64,000 nucleotides of DNA from Felis catus (taxonomy: Eukaryota): contig NC_058368.1 in NCBI RefSeq assembly GCF_018350175.1, forward strand, positions 76,324,001 to 76,388,000. The letters are read 5' to 3'. A program made the translations under genes and the position numbers. The notes beneath the pieces were generated by a model, which made no database searches, had not been told where the DNA came from, and saw nothing but the letters and a program-made list of their open reading frames with translations. Shown here in pieces: positions 24,369-38,264 of this stretch (position 1 is the first letter of the stretch; the number at the start of each line of letters is the position of its first letter).

Positions 24369-25108
24369 CGGAGTTAGAGAAAAGGCAATGTAAATACATT
24401 CAATAAACCTTAAAGTATAATATTTTTAAACGCTGTAAAGTGATCTCCATTTGTTTTCCACCAGAATAAAGGATCAAAAATCACAAGGATACAACCAAAA
24501 ATTACACACAAAAGTAAAATATCCAAATATAAGCCAGGGTCTTTTTTACACAGAGTTGATTTCAAAGAGAATCCATCAGCCAAAAGTAATGTTAAAAATA
24601 GAATCATCACTTCAGTGTTGTGAGGAACGCTGAGAGAACCAATCCACAGGCTGCTGCAGTGTTTCAAACTACTTTTCTCTTGTCTCTGATTTCCAGGCCT
24701 CCTGAAGCTGTGCCAGAAGCTTCTCTCACGGACCCCTGTCCCTCCAACCCATCCCCCCACCTGCCCCCAGGTTCTGGCCTGCCCCCAGAGCCCTCTCCTG
24801 GGGATACCCCCTTACTTCTTTCTCCTCTCCACTTGCTGCTTCGAGAAAGCCCAGGAGTATTCTGGAAAACACAAGCCAAAGTGCCTTTTTTTCTTTTGCA
24901 ATATAGGAGAAAGTGAATCACATCATACTACTTAGAGTACTTCCATGCTAATAATAGCTACGTTTCCATCGGAAAACTTATGCCAAGTTAAGGAGGCTTT
25001 TGAGCCATCCACAACCACTTCACCTGGCATAAATGGCCCCAAAAAACAGTATACCCACTTAATTTCTCCTGTTTGTTCACATTCCTTAGCTAATGTCCAT
25101 TTTGACAA

Positions 25109-25110
<2 letters not shown>

Positions 25111-25154
<44 letters not shown>
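25111..25154. repeat. (AT)n microsatellite
   Basis: About 22 AT units. Confidence 0.97.
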
Positions 25155-25156
<2 letters not shown>

Positions 25157-25233
25157 TTAAGGAGGGGAAAAGAGCAAATGCTCATTGCAAATGGAAAATG
25201 AACCCCTGTCTACTGAGAAAAAAAAGAATTTGA

Positions 25234-25443
25234 AGGGTTCCCAGGTGGCTCAGTGGGTGGGCATCTGACTTTGACTCAGGTCATGATCTCTCAGTCCCTG
25301 AGCTCGAGCCTGTCGTTGTACTCTGTGCTGACAGCTCAGAGCCGGGAGTTTGCTTCGGATCCTATGTCTCCCTCTCTCTCTGCCCCTCCCCAACTTGTTA
25401 AGAGAGCGTGCGCTCTCTCTCAAAAATAAACATTAAAAAACTG
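25234..25443 (+). mobile_element. Can-SINE
   Basis: Head, body and tail; TSD aaaaaaaagaatttga on both sides. Confidence 0.95.
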
Positions 25444-26724
25444 AAAAAAAAAGAATTTGATAACTCCATTTTCCTGGCTAAGGTACACAAGTGTATGCCT
25501 ATGTGTGCATGTGTGTGTGCAAGTGTGGGCCTATGTATGTGCACGTACAAGCATGTATGTGTATTCCAGGGAGGGTATTTGTGCATTTGTAGGGCGCATA
25601 AGTGAATGCCCTGTGTTTTCACTCGGATTAGGGAAATGTAAACCTCCTTCATTTCTCTAAATTTGTTCTAAATGACTATATGCCCTTTCTCTCTGCAAAT
25701 TTGACCTCAATGAAAAATAGAAATTTCACATGGATAAATCCATCATGCAATTGTAATTAACCTCATTAAAGATATCAAAGGATCCAACCAAAAGACACAT
25801 ATTTAAGGACAGCCAAATTACTATTTCAAACTAAGTTGAAGAATTTAGCAAATTTCAAGTCCTATCTGATGGCTATCTTGTAGGACTAAAACCAAGAAAG
25901 TAGCGAATTACACGTACTAACAAAAGTGCATCCGCCTTCCTCAAACAGCCTCGATTTAAAACTTAGATGAAGCCATTTAGACTCACCACGGTACAACAGA
26001 TAAAACCTATTTTGCACAATAAAGTTGAATTTTCCATCATAAAATACGGTGGGGTTTTTAAAAATTTACTTACATGAGCTCAAGCTTTCGAGACATTGCT
26101 TCCTTGTCTGTCTCTGCTCAGATCGAGTGAAATGAGACTCAGATAATAATAAAACAAATATAAAGATAGAAGGGGATCGACTTGCCTAAAATGGAAATGG
26201 CTTCTGGGGCAAATAAAGAAAGCAAAGTTCACCTTTGACCTTTATTTGCTGATCCCTTGTTTTTGGTGACTCCCCTCCTCCCTCAACAAGATTCTTCTAC
26301 CCTGACAGGTGTCATTGTTTTTAATTCTGCACAAAGCATCTACGGGGGGGCTCTCTGGGAAAACACGGTCTTAATACATGTTCTAAATCCTTCCCTACAT
26401 CTTCTGTCCAGCCACGTTTGCTGTTCCCCCGGGGCTTTATTTTTGCCCATTCAAAATGCACTCCTGAGAATCACCAGGAGTGTGCTACCCTGAATGATGC
26501 TGGTCTAACAGGAAAACATACTCAACAGTCAGAGGAAAACCTATGGTTATGTGCACCATACAAGATGATGTAAGCAGGTGGAGGCATATTTGGTGAAAAG
26601 ATGCTGACTTAGCCTGCGGCATGGACCATAAAAAGCCTTTGAAGCTTCGAGAAAGGCACTTAAAAAATCAGGTACTTTGGTATCCGCCTCAAATGCCATT
26701 GCCTTATCAGTTAGAATAATTTAT

Positions 26725-27030
26725 CAGTTTGGACTCTTAGCTGCAAGTGAGTGGATGCAACATAGAAAACAAATGTGGCCAGGGGCCGCTCTATCCCAGA
26801 GGAGGAGGTGTCCCAGGCAGCCCCGGGCCCACGGACCCCCACAGCACCTCGCTAACACAGTTGTGTCTCCAACAAAGGCGTCCCCACTCTTACAAGCTCA
26901 TTGTCTCCCATTTTGCTCAGAGCAACCTCAGTGAGAGAATCTCATTAGCTAGTTTGGGTCCCATAATTCACCCTCAACTTAATAAGATAGAATGCAGCCC
27001 CATAAGTGGCCCAGGCAAGGCAGCATGACC
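26725..27030. mobile_element. Possible old MLT1 (J/K/L-type) LTR relic
   Basis: ggactcttagctgcaagtga and attagctagtttgggtcc resemble old MLT1 LTR motifs; very diverged. Confidence 0.35.
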
Positions 27031-28559
27031 CTTCCTGAAGTCAATGTTAATTATCAAGGAGACGCGAGAGGAGAAATCTGGTGCAACAGACAAGAAGCAA
27101 AAACACCAGCTAACACATTCCACTGCCCCAAGCACCGAACGGATGCGCTGCTGGTTTGTGCTCGGTTTGGGGTATGATCTTGCCCTTGAGAATGAAAGCA
27201 AGCAAGGCAGGAGGAGAACAGTTTCCTCCAGTGGAGACAGTCAGACTGGGGTTCTCAAGATCATCAGATCATGCCCCCGCCCCGCCTCACCTACGTACAT
27301 GGACCTTACGTGGTCAGTGGGCGTAGGTGATCTCTGAACCACTCTGCTTTCTGTTCTTTTCCTTGCTGTCCATTCCTCTTTTTTCCTACATTGCAAAACA
27401 AAACAAAAGCAAGTGCTTTGACCATCTGGGGGTTTCCATCTGCTGCCATGGCTGGTCCTCCCTGTTGTAACCATAATATTGGTGAGCATTCAGCTCCCTT
27501 TCCTTCTTGCATTTATTTTGCCCCTCCTGTTTCAAAAACAAGTAAATAGGAAGAGGTTGGGGCACACGAATTTGCTTCACATAAACACATGCATAGGGAA
27601 GAATTTCCCACTGCCATCAACGTGGAGCACCGCGTTTCTGAGCCATTTCCAATTCCTGAGGGCGAGGGGGCACCAGAGAGCCCTGGGCCGGAGGCAGAAG
27701 CTCTGTGAACGTCCAGCTCTGCCACGTTCTAGAGGTTTCCAGGCCACTCTAAATCTCATGGTCCTCGTAAAAATCGAAACACTGCCTCTTCTGTCACAGG
27801 GGAAGGATGAAACAAGAGAAAAATATGCAAACGGGTAATAAATGAAGAGCCAGACAACTGTAGGATATCCCATGAAAGTGGGTCAGTGGCAGTCATTTTA
27901 GAAAGTCAGGGTTGGCATCTGTCTCTGGGCAGCCTCAAATGTGACATCCACCCTGGAACGCACCTGCCCGTAAACCGCAATCCCAAGCGCAGGTGTCTCT
28001 GGATGCAGGGCCTTCGTGGTACCGTTCTCAGGACTGCACATCATTTATTCCTGCCATCTTTCCTAATGACCCCGCCAGCCCTGCTTACGCCCTGTAGAGG
28101 AGGACCAAGACGGTCCCACGGCTGGACTCTGCTGGCCCCAGAATTATCTGGTTAGCAGATGCTGCCCAGTGTGACTCCTCTAGGAATGTCTCTACCCAGG
28201 CTCTGGTTGCTGTTTCCTGCCTCTCTGCGTTTTTGGACAAATGGATAGAAAAGTGGTCTCTACAGGAGTAAGAGGGAGACAGAAAAAGGAAGAAAAATTG
28301 TCTATTATGTAGGATTTCCCATAGGCTGAGCTGCCACATGCCTCACCCATATTTTTCCATGTTATCCTACCTACAAAATTTTTAGATAGATAATATTACA
28401 TAAGAACAAACTAACATGGAGAAAATGTAAATAATCGCAACCCTCCCCCGCCCCCCCCCCCCCCCCCCCGCCAAGGTCACCCGGCTGGCAAGTGGCAGAA
28501 CCAGACTGGCCTGTGTCTATACACCGTACACTTGGCACACAAACGTAGCCCAGCGTAGC

Positions 28560-28701
28560 CTGGAACTGGAGCACGGGCCTCTCCTGGGAGAGGGTTAAAA
28601 ATGCAGATATTCAGCCCTCCCCCAGAGAATGACTAAATCGGAATCTAATCCTGACATCATCCCAGAGGGATTCACACACAAGCTACGGTTGGAGAAGCCC
28701 T
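28560..28701. mobile_element. MER5-like (hAT-Charlie) relic
   Basis: ctgggag..gttaaaaatgcagat.ttc.gccctcccccaga...aatcggaatct...ggttggagaagccct. Confidence 0.7.
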
Positions 28702-30289
28702 ATATTAGGTTTCATGATAAGGGGCAAGTGGATAAAGGAAAGGTTGTAAGGAAGCGAAATTCTAGCAGGACCCTTTGAGGACTCCGGGCAACAGAACAGG
28801 TAGGATTTGGCGCAGCCAGTTCTAGCCAAATACATTCTGCTCAGCTGTTGGGCTGTCGCGTCAATAACGACGTGCCTCCTTAATGTACCTCTCAGAAAGA
28901 GTCTACCTACTGCTCGTAGGAAGGTATTGATCTACGCAGAGAAGGAAACATTTTGAAAGGTTTGATTAAAAATACAGGTTTTTAACGGACACCCACAGGC
29001 CTGGCACTAAAGGATTTCACTCACCCTGTCTTTTTTTAGAACCGTGTTGCTTTGAAAAACACGAAATGCAGAGACTCAGGACTCTTGCAAAAGGCTCTTT
29101 TTGTTAATTGATTGCCACCAGGACTGGATTTTTGGACGTGTACCTGGTAGGCGTCCACGTTGCCAAGAAGGAAACTATGCAGAGTACACCGGGCCCCCCC
29201 CAAAAAAATGCGATACAATTTAAAAGGCAATAAATTTAGAATCATCGAAACTTCTGTATATAGTTCACGCTGTGTATTACGCACAGAAAGGTAGTTCGAT
29301 GATCCTTGAGGTAGGAATGAAAATGAAGAGTGCTTTCCCCCCTAGTGACTCGCAGCCTTAAAAAGCAAACAAACAAACAAAAAATTGCCTGAAACAACAC
29401 TATGGATGAAAGTTTGAATCCGCTCTGGGGGACAGGAAAACAAGTTGCCAAATTAGGTAAAATGTTTTCACAAATTTAATCCACTCTACAACTGGAGGTT
29501 TTGGGTCCCGGCCAGAAGGAAACAAAGACACATTGACTGTGATCGAAATGGAGGGGCGGCTACGCTGTCCATTGGCCCTAATCTCTCCGAAGCGAGGTGG
29601 GCTGTGAGGGAGGCAGGTGAGGGAGGCAGGACACGGGAACAGCTGGGGACCAGCTGAAATCAAAGGGTGGCCTGTGGCCAGTAGGGGGTAGACAGCGGAC
29701 CTGGTCAATTTCGAGCAACGCTGTATATTTCTGATCTGGAAAAGGGAAGGAAACAGCTGTGCTTTGAGCCGGGGTCCCTGTTTAAACCCCAGGACTGGCC
29801 ATAGCTCATTTGTTCCCTAATGAAATCCAGAGTGGACACTTTTATATGGAGAGTCTCTCTAATCTGCAGTCCAGGAAACCCAAGTCCACATCAACATCTG
29901 GCCCCGCAGAGAGGCCCGATACATCATTTACAAAAAAGCGGGGAAACTGTGAAGATTGATTCAGCCAGTAAGAGGCTGCTTTCAAATATCTCCAGAGTTG
30001 AAGCCGCAGCTTTATTTAGAATAGTCCTAACACTCGACGAGGAGAACATTCATTCCTCTGTGATGATCCCACATTTTTTGCATTAGTCACATGGACTCTG
30101 CTCTACAGACGGAAGGATCTTTCTCTAAAGGTTTTCGTTTTATTACATGCATGCGCCACAAACGCTCCCTATTTAGGGTGTTTGCTTATGGTGTGATGCT
30201 TGTGGGTGGATCAGCTGGCTGTCTGGCCTTGGACAACTCCCTGCCCACACTGGGGCAGGAAGGGTCTTCCGGTTAATCCTGGGGCCATT

Positions 30290-30894
30290 CGGCTCTGCAG
30301 TTTAGGGGCTTAAAGCAACACACATTTGCTCTCCCACAGATCAGTAGGTTAGCTTTCCAGGTTGGCCAGTTGCTCTGCTCTGCTCTCGGTCCTCTAAAGT
30401 CCAAAGTCCAAGTGTCGGCCTCTTGGGCCCCCATGGGAAGCCTCTGGAGAAGAATCTCCTTCCGCATTCTGTCAGGATGTTGGCAGAGTCCCGGTCCCGT
30501 CCTCAGGGGATTGAGGTCCCTGCTTCCTTACTAGATGTCAGCTGGGCCAGAATTCAGCTCCTAGAGGCCTGTCCCTGGTCCTTACATTTGGCACCTAATC
30601 TCGGAGCCACAAAGGCACTTGGGAACCTCCTCCCGCTTGGAATCGCTATGATGTCTCCTTCAACTGCATTTCTCTGCTTCCAGCCAGAGAGAGTTCTCTT
30701 CCTTCCACAGCTCACATGATCGGATTGAACCCATCGGAGAAACCCGGGACGGCTTACCTATACTAACATCCATAATACTAATTTCATCTTAAAGCCTCTC
30801 CGTCACATAACGTAACATATTCACAGGTTCCAGGACATATTCACAGGTCATGGACATTTGAGGGGAAGGTCTGAGCATCATTCTGCCTACCCAC
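30290..30894 (-). mobile_element. MLT1 (E/F-type) solo LTR
   Basis: ggcttaaagcaacacacattt...gaggtccctgcttcctt...aacatattcacaggttccagg...cattctgcctacccaca (reverse of the MLT1 5' TGTGGTAGGCAGAAT). Confidence 0.85.
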
Positions 30895-31935
30895 AGTCTC
30901 AGAGTCAGGACAGGTGAAAAATGGCTATGCACAGCTGGTAACCATGAAGAAGCGTCCCCTCTGGGGCTGTCTTGAAAGGGTGGATGATCTTCTAGCAAAC
31001 ATGCTTTTTTTATGGGGCCCCTGTATTTTTAGAACTATAAATATTTTGTCTTTAAATAGCATAACATCTTGCCTTGTGTTTAATACTATGCATCTATATA
31101 CGATATACTCTAGGTATATATACTATATATTATACATATACTATATAGATGTAAATACATCGATATACTATAGGACTATGCATCTAATTCTGTGTCTTTG
31201 TGTGAGTGTGAATTCTTCTCTTAAATCCAGGAGTTATATTATACTAGCTTTTCGGATTAAAACCCTGAAATTTAGAAAGGATAAGTAAAGGTGTAAGTTT
31301 TCATTATAAATACATCTAGAGCTAGCCCCTGAACCCAAGCATTCTGAACACCGATCCAGGGTTGACCATGTCATATCAATTTGCACAAAATCATTATTCA
31401 TAGAAACCGTGATGTAGTAAACTCATAAAATGAGGGAAAATACATCATGATGTAGCTCCCCATAGATTATCAACATACAAACATTACAAGCCCCCCCACC
31501 CCAGATATTTGGTAAAAATAGAAAACAATGAAATAAGAATGCCTGAAATCTTTTTGCAGATTGTATAGTTCAAACAATTAAAAAAGAGAGAGGGAAGGAA
31601 TTATAAGCATTCTCTAACTTTTGTTTACAGAAACAACCCAAGTCCATCAGGTAAAAATTTAACACCAACTAAACTTTTTTCTCCCCCTAGGTTTTTTCTT
31701 TTTTACTTTTCAATCTTGCTTAATTGACAGAGGAAGGACGTGAAATCTAGGTCATGGGTATTTCTCTGTGACTGTTCAACCTTCAAATGCCAGATTCAAG
31801 TATTGATAAGTGGGGAAAAAACCCTTCTCAGCTACCACAGAGACCTTGGGGAAAGAATACAGTCTCTTCTTACAGTCTGCCCAAATGTACCTAAGCATTT
31901 GCACACAGAATTTATTTTGAATAAGATTTCTTATT

Positions 31936-32141
31936 CTTTTTAATGCTTACTTATTTTAAGAGAGAGAGAGAGAGAAATACTCAAAGACAGACATGAGCAA
32001 GGGAGGGGAAGAGAGAGAGACAGGCTCCAGGCTCCAAGCTGTCAGCACAGATCCTGACGCAGGACTCGAACTCATGAACCATGAGATCATGACCTGAGCT
32101 GAAGTCCGACTCTTACCTGACTGAACCACCCAGTCGCCCCC
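31936..32141 (-). mobile_element. Can-SINE
   Basis: 13-bp TSD aagatttcttatt at 31923-31935 and 32142-32154. Confidence 0.95.
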
Positions 32142-33443
32142 AAGATTTCTTATTTTAACATATCTTTGTGATCATTCATTTTTGAATCTGTCCTAATGAG
32201 AAAAAGGTAGATTCAATGCATATATTTTTAGAAATTTATAGAACGTTTTGTTTAAAGGGTTGGTGAGCGGTTAATGCAAGATCACAGATGTGTGGTTGAC
32301 AGTGTAATCCGTTGCGTTTAAAACATTTCACAATAAAATGTGTCAAGAGTCAGAAATCATACTGGGGGCGGCAAGGGAAGGCACATAGCACAACACCAAG
32401 AGAATGTGAGTTTTGAACCATTTTCAGGTGAGATAAAACCCCTTTCTGAATGTATTAACTGCCCATAACCAATATCACAATATGGTAAGAACCAGACTGA
32501 TATAAACCACAGTTAACTGGACAGCTAAAAATAATGTTGCAGTGACAGTGACAGGGTTTTGGAGTACGCAGAAAGAAAGAAGGCAAGATTTAAAAAGGAA
32601 CAGGAAAGTAGCTGCCTCACTCGGCCCAAACCCTCAAAGTCAGTGTCCACACTTGGAAGGAAAAAAGATGGAAGACAAAAGGAAAAATTGCCCCTGACCG
32701 CAATTTTAAGCAAAATAAACACAGAAGAAAAAGAACTTTCCCTTCAAACAGTCCAGACATGACTCAGGCGGAGAATAAAGGTTGATTTGATTTCAATTGT
32801 GTGTTTTCTCACTAACGGAGGTTGTCTGCATAATCCGGTTCAACTCTTTTCTGGGGAAAAATTGTAACGCTTGGAGGTGAAAAACTGGCCTCTCCTGGTC
32901 TCCACGTCTTCTGATTTCCACGTTAGTGCTCACTCCACGGCACCAGGCAATGCAGAAAGCAAATTTGATAAATGACGTGTCAGGCAGCAAAAAACAAACA
33001 ACACTCTCATTAAATTTTTTTTTAAAAATCTAGAAATCGCCCCCCAAACTCCTTTTCTTTTACTCTCTACTTGAAGTCTCTCCTTCTCCCGTCAATGATG
33101 CTAGATTTTCAATAAAGAGCGATCGATATGCGTTCATTACATGTCTATGACTAGAATCTGCTCTAAGTCTTAGAAAGTAGCCAAAGAAACACTGTTTCAA
33201 TCTTGAACAAGAAAGCTCCATTCTGATGAGGACTTGAGATTTCAGACACGGATAGTGCTATGCAATCAGAACCTGGATGGCATTTTCTAGGACTATTCTG
33301 TTGTTAAAAACCTTTACAATTTTTTTTTTATTGTATAGAAGTAATGTTTGGGGATAAATTTTTCTATAAAGCAAAAGATATTTTTTTTATTTCCCCCTGA
33401 TTCCCTAATGCCACTGTGAAAAATAACTATTAGATTAGACATT

Positions 33444-33462
33444 CTTTTTTTAATCTTCATTT

Positions 33463-33504
<42 letters not shown>

Positions 33505-33645
33505 GAGGGGCAGAGACACAGGGAGACCCAGAAACCAAAGCAGGCTGTCCGCACAGAGCCCAACATGAGGCTCAAAGCCACAAACCATGAGATCATGACC
33601 CGAGCCAAAGTCAGAGGCTTAACCGACTGAGACACCCAGGTGCCT
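33444..33645 (-). mobile_element. Can-SINE with (GA)n
   Basis: gagatcatgacccgagcc...ttaaccgactgagacacccaggtgcc. Confidence 0.93.
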
Positions 33646-34099
33646 ATGCATTTGTGTCTACACCTAAAAATACTTTCTGCTGCCTTTCTACCGAAAAGAC
33701 AGTTTGGCTTAGTGGACAATCTTTGAGTCTCTATTTTCTTGAGTACGTTATAGATGAAGTTCTGGCAGTTTTCATTACTGAACATTGTAATGGAGAAATT
33801 ATTAGCCAGCCAGAGTTTTCTTCTTTGTAGAGGACTTAATTTTCGGTCTCTATGCCCTAAGGACTTTTAATTCTCATAAATTTATGGGCACATATCTCAT
33901 ATTTAAGCATCATTTCTATTGTTACCTCATACATAGGAAATATTGTCAAGCTAGAGAGTCACTCTTTTATTTGGGGAAAGTTTTCTTGAACAATATCTAT
34001 AAATGTTTCCTCCAGATTTTTTTCTGAAATGCCAATCATGCCTGTGCTTTCTCTTGACTTCATACTTTATCTGCTTGTGTTTTATTCTTGTACAAGTGA

Positions 34100-34220
34100 T
34101 TAATGATAGTAGCCACCTCCCTCACAGGGTTGCAGTAAACATTAAGCAAGACATAAAATATATAAAATGTTTACAATAGTTCCAGGCACATATAAGCATT
34201 ACATGATTGCTCACAGTGCT
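34100..34220 (+). mobile_element. MIR 3' fragment
   Basis: cctcacagggttg...attaa...aatagttccaggcacatataagc. Confidence 0.65.
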
Positions 34221-35329
34221 ATTTTTTTTTATCCTGTCCACCTAGATTTTTTTTTTTTAAACTGTGTTTCTAGTAGTATCAATTCTCTAGTTTTCTGCTT
34301 CCAATGTGGCCTTCGTTCCGTTCCTTTTACTATTCAACATATTTTGTGATCCGTGTCAGCTTATCTTTTATCTCCTTCTGTTGTCCGGCCATGACTTCTT
34401 TCAGCTCTGCTTTATAGACGTAGGGGGTTCATTTTCTTGTAGTAGCTTTGCATGCATTTTCTTTCTCCTTATCCTTTCTTTTTGAATGAAGGTGAGTCCT
34501 TCCAGAAGAACCTATCAGCAGGAGCTTTCTGTGATGGGAGGGCATGGCATCTCCAGCCCAGAGGGATGTGCTTGATTGTAGGCAGACTGTAGTGAGCGCC
34601 ATGGGAGCTTGGTAGAATGACACCTCCGGTTGTCGTGACCATGCGATTTTTCACGGGATTGGAATTTCACGGTTTCCTGGGAGAACAGGGAGGTCATTGG
34701 AAGTAGACAGGATGGGCATGGAGACGCGGCCGGTGGGGAGGGAATGAGAACAAGAGACCATGTCGTCAGCAAAGGTAGAATAGGTAAGTATGTTGTGTGT
34801 TGAAGCAACGTGGAAAGACAGCCACGACTTACTGAAAAGCATCTGTATCTCACCGTGTCTCTCACATTTTTTCCCACAATATACTCAAGAAATAAGTCAT
34901 AACATCCAGGAATTGTCTGCCTTATAAAATCACAGTAATCTTCTGACAGCTACGAGAGAAGGGGAACCCTTCAGGCATCTTCCCAGCTGTGTTGTTTTAC
35001 TCTGGAGCAGATGTAAGTGCAGGTGATTCTTTTCTTAGCCAATGTTAGAGTTCTTCTGACAGGTGAGTTTTTAAAAAATCTTTTGATTCTCTATAAAACA
35101 GTGGCATGTTCTACTTAAGAGGCTCTATTTTTAGAATTATTTGGTGTGTTACATTCTAGACATTTTACAGTTTTGTATCTTGAGGGTAAATGTCTTCCAC
35201 AGAATACATTATTTTTAAAAAGTCACAAAAGCTTTTGTGACGTGACCTCTCTCTATATTAGCGTTTAGTTCATCGTAACTGTATGCGTATCAGACACGGT
35301 CTTTATGTGAAATAAAATTGGTGAAGGAA

Positions 35330-35497
35330 TGGTGCCCGGGTGGCTCAGTGGGTTGAGCGTCCGACTCTTAGTTTCAGCTCCGGTCATGGTGGTAGGGTCA
35401 TGGGATTGAGCTCCTCATTGAGCATTGAGCCTGCTTAAGATTCTCTCTCCCTCTCCCTGCTCATACTCCTCCTCAAAAACAAAAACAAAAACAAAAC
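35330..35497 (+). mobile_element. Can-SINE (older type), (AAAAAC)n tail
   Basis: ggtgcccgggtggctcagtgggttgagcgtccgactctt. Confidence 0.92.
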
Positions 35498-35789
35498 CAG
35501 AACCTGGAGTGTGCCTGGCATATAGTGTTGACGATTCCCTCATTTGAAAACCAAACACGAAGAACATGACAACGTGTATAAAATTTATACATGTGAGATA
35601 AGTGGTTTCACAAACGTGAATGAAACCACGAGTGGAATTCAATAACTGTCACAGGAAATCATAAAACTGTGTAATAAGGTCAAACCAGCAGTTGTGGCCC
35701 GAGACGTATTTACCGCTCTCCTAGATTACGTGTGGTTGTACTTTTCCAAATCAAATAGTTTGGTAGAACAATGCAAAAAAAAAAAAAAA

Positions 35790-37450
35790 TGCACATGTAT
35801 TCACTATTCCTTTCTGTTTCATGCTACAAATACTTACTGGCCACTGTTTTCAAGTACTTGCAGAAAAGAATCCGGTCCCTGATGATTATGTAGAAAAGGA
35901 AACAGAAAACATACAGCCCCTACCGACAATTTCTGGAGGGCAAATGAGTACACACGTACTTGAGAATAGAAAGGCAGGAGGGTAAAAATCAACATATACA
36001 TCAAGGGTTATGAAAACATGGAGAAAATCTGGGCAAACCCAGGGTAGAGGCTTCACAGAGAAAGCCCTTGGTTGAGAGTAAGTTCAAGGATGGGTAGGAG
36101 GCTGGATGGCAGGATGGGGCATCCAGGCTAAGAGATAAAAAGGTGAATCTGAAGCAAGAACTGAACAAAAACTTCAGTGAGAAGATCATGGCAAGCGAGG
36201 GAGGGAATCATAAGTGGACGTCTCGGTGAAGATAGTGCGCCACCTGGGAAGGCATTTATCCTACTGACGGCCGTGTCCAGACCGGGCGGGGTGGGGGGTG
36301 GGGAGGCATTTCTCCCACACGTAAAGCTGTGTCAGAGTTGGCACAGTGCAGGTGTTAGTTAGACTCATCCCGGTTCTGAGTTGGCATCTCTGTTCCCTGG
36401 GCCTTTGCCTTTCCCTTGTGGTTGCAGTATGGTTGCAGGACCTTCAAACTTCATGGACTCAAGCCATGGCACACGAAAGCTGAAACAAAAGATGTGGCCC
36501 CGTTCGGAGAGGAAATCTCTGCCCCAAGCTCCCAGGAGGTTGTTTTCAAATGCATCACACAACAGAAGAGGCATACACGTTCAACCCCAAATGAGTGAGA
36601 TAAGGGGGTCTTTCCCAGAGGCCTCATAAAATTGGGTTCTGTAGACAAGGAAAGGGGTAGGGACTGCTGTGGGCAATAAACAATGTGTGTCACATGGAAT
36701 CTGGGGGATTATGGACTAATTATTTGACATGCTAAGTAAATGGGGTTCAGCAGGAAGTGAATGAATAACCATTGAAAAATATGGGCAGGAAATCAACACA
36801 AGATGATAATTTAGAAGATAACCATTGGTCATGTGAAGACGAGCCTAGGCAGGAAAAGAGCAGAGAGAGTTAAGAAGTATGCACAGTAGCTTAGGGGAGG
36901 GAAGGCAAGGGCCTGAACTGGGCAGAATCAAAGATGGAGGACAGGGGCACTTCGGTGGCTCAGTCGGTTAAGTGTCCAACTTTGGCTCACGTCATGATCT
37001 CATGGCACATTGGGCTCCGTGCTCACAGCTCAGAACCTGGAGCCTGCTTCGGGTTCTGTGTCTCCCTCTCTCTCTCTGTCCCTCCCCTGCTCGCACTCTG
37101 TCTTTCTCAAACATAAACAAACATTAAAAAAATTTTTTTTTAAAGACCAAGGAAAGTAAAGGAGTTGTGATTATATTTTCTTGATGGTATTAAAAGGAAC
37201 GGATTGGCTGGGTGTTAGGGAGTACGCTGAAGAGGAAGAGGAGTTGAAGTTCTCAAAGGTGGTTTGTTTGGTTTCATTTTTTGTTTTTACTTTGTCACTA
37301 ACTGCTGAGGCCACTGGAAAGGAAGGGATCTGTACAGATGTGAGAGACCCTCCAGTTGATAAGGTAAGGAATTTGAGTTTTGATTTGGGGGCATTGGAGT
37401 ATCTGAGCAAGAAGTCACCAGTTAAGCTGGGTATTTAGTAGTTAAGGACA
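35790..37450 (-). mobile_element. Fragmented L2 relic interrupted by a possible MLT1 piece (about 36380-36700) and a SINE
   Basis: Purine-rich L2-antisense-like text (ggcttcacagag, tttagaagataacc, gagttttgatttgggggcattggagt). Confidence 0.45.
36944..37143 (+). mobile_element. Can-SINE with small internal deletion
   Basis: ggggcacttcggtggctcagtcggttaag head; B-box segment missing. Confidence 0.93.
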
Positions 37451-37492
37451 TCAGAGTACCCTTACTTGCCCTACGGTTATATTTGTTTAGGG

Positions 37493-37685
37493 TTTTTTTT
37501 TTTTTTAATGTTTATTTACTGAGTTTGAGAGAGTGAGCATGTGAGCAGGGGAGAAGCAGAGAGAAAAGAATAAAGAGAATCCTAAGTAGGCTCCACACTG
37601 TCAGCGAGAAGTTCAACACGGGGATCGATCTCATGAGCCATGAGATCACGACCTAAGCAGAGATCAAGAGTCCCCAGGAACCCCA
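37493..37685 (-). mobile_element. Can-SINE
   Basis: Poly-T aatgtttattt...tgagatcacgacct...cccaggaacccc. Confidence 0.9.
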
Positions 37686-38264
37686 CCCTATGGTTGTATT
37701 TAAATTAGGCAAAGAGGACCAAGGGCAGAATCAGGGGGAGACACAAGCATGACCTTGTAAATGTTAAAAGATCCAGAGCAAAGGTATTTAAGATGGAAAA
37801 GAAACTGGGAAACAGAGTATTACAAACTATAAGACTTTCAAGAATAGCGGTGAATGTACCAAAAAACATAAGGGTCAAAAAGGAAAAGACTTAGGAAAAA
37901 GTATATACATATACAAATTAGGAGATTCTTAGTAATATTATTGACAGCGGACTTCATAGAATGTTGGGTGTAATCCCTAGATTGTGGTAGGTTATAGAAT
38001 AACTGGAAGGTTGGAAGAAAATTGGTATTATTTCCAAAAGTTTGCAGAAATGTGAATACAAGAAGCATTTTGTGAAGACATCAGCACCAAATGATAATTC
38101 TAAAAGAAGTGGTTTATGTATATCTACAGACAGAGGGAAAGGAAAATTCTAAGGATGGTACAGACGGACAATATTGAAGATGCAGGAGTATTTGAACAAA
38201 TGGAAAGTCCCCAAAAATAAACCTAGAAAAAAAAAAAAAACAACTAGGGGCACTTAAAAAAATT

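Noticed and set aside
24650..24700. AVFQTTFLLSLIS resembles the OSMR signal peptide (MALFAVFQTTFF...)
   Set aside because: No in-place ATG, no donor at the expected position and no other OSMR-like exons; judged coincidence.
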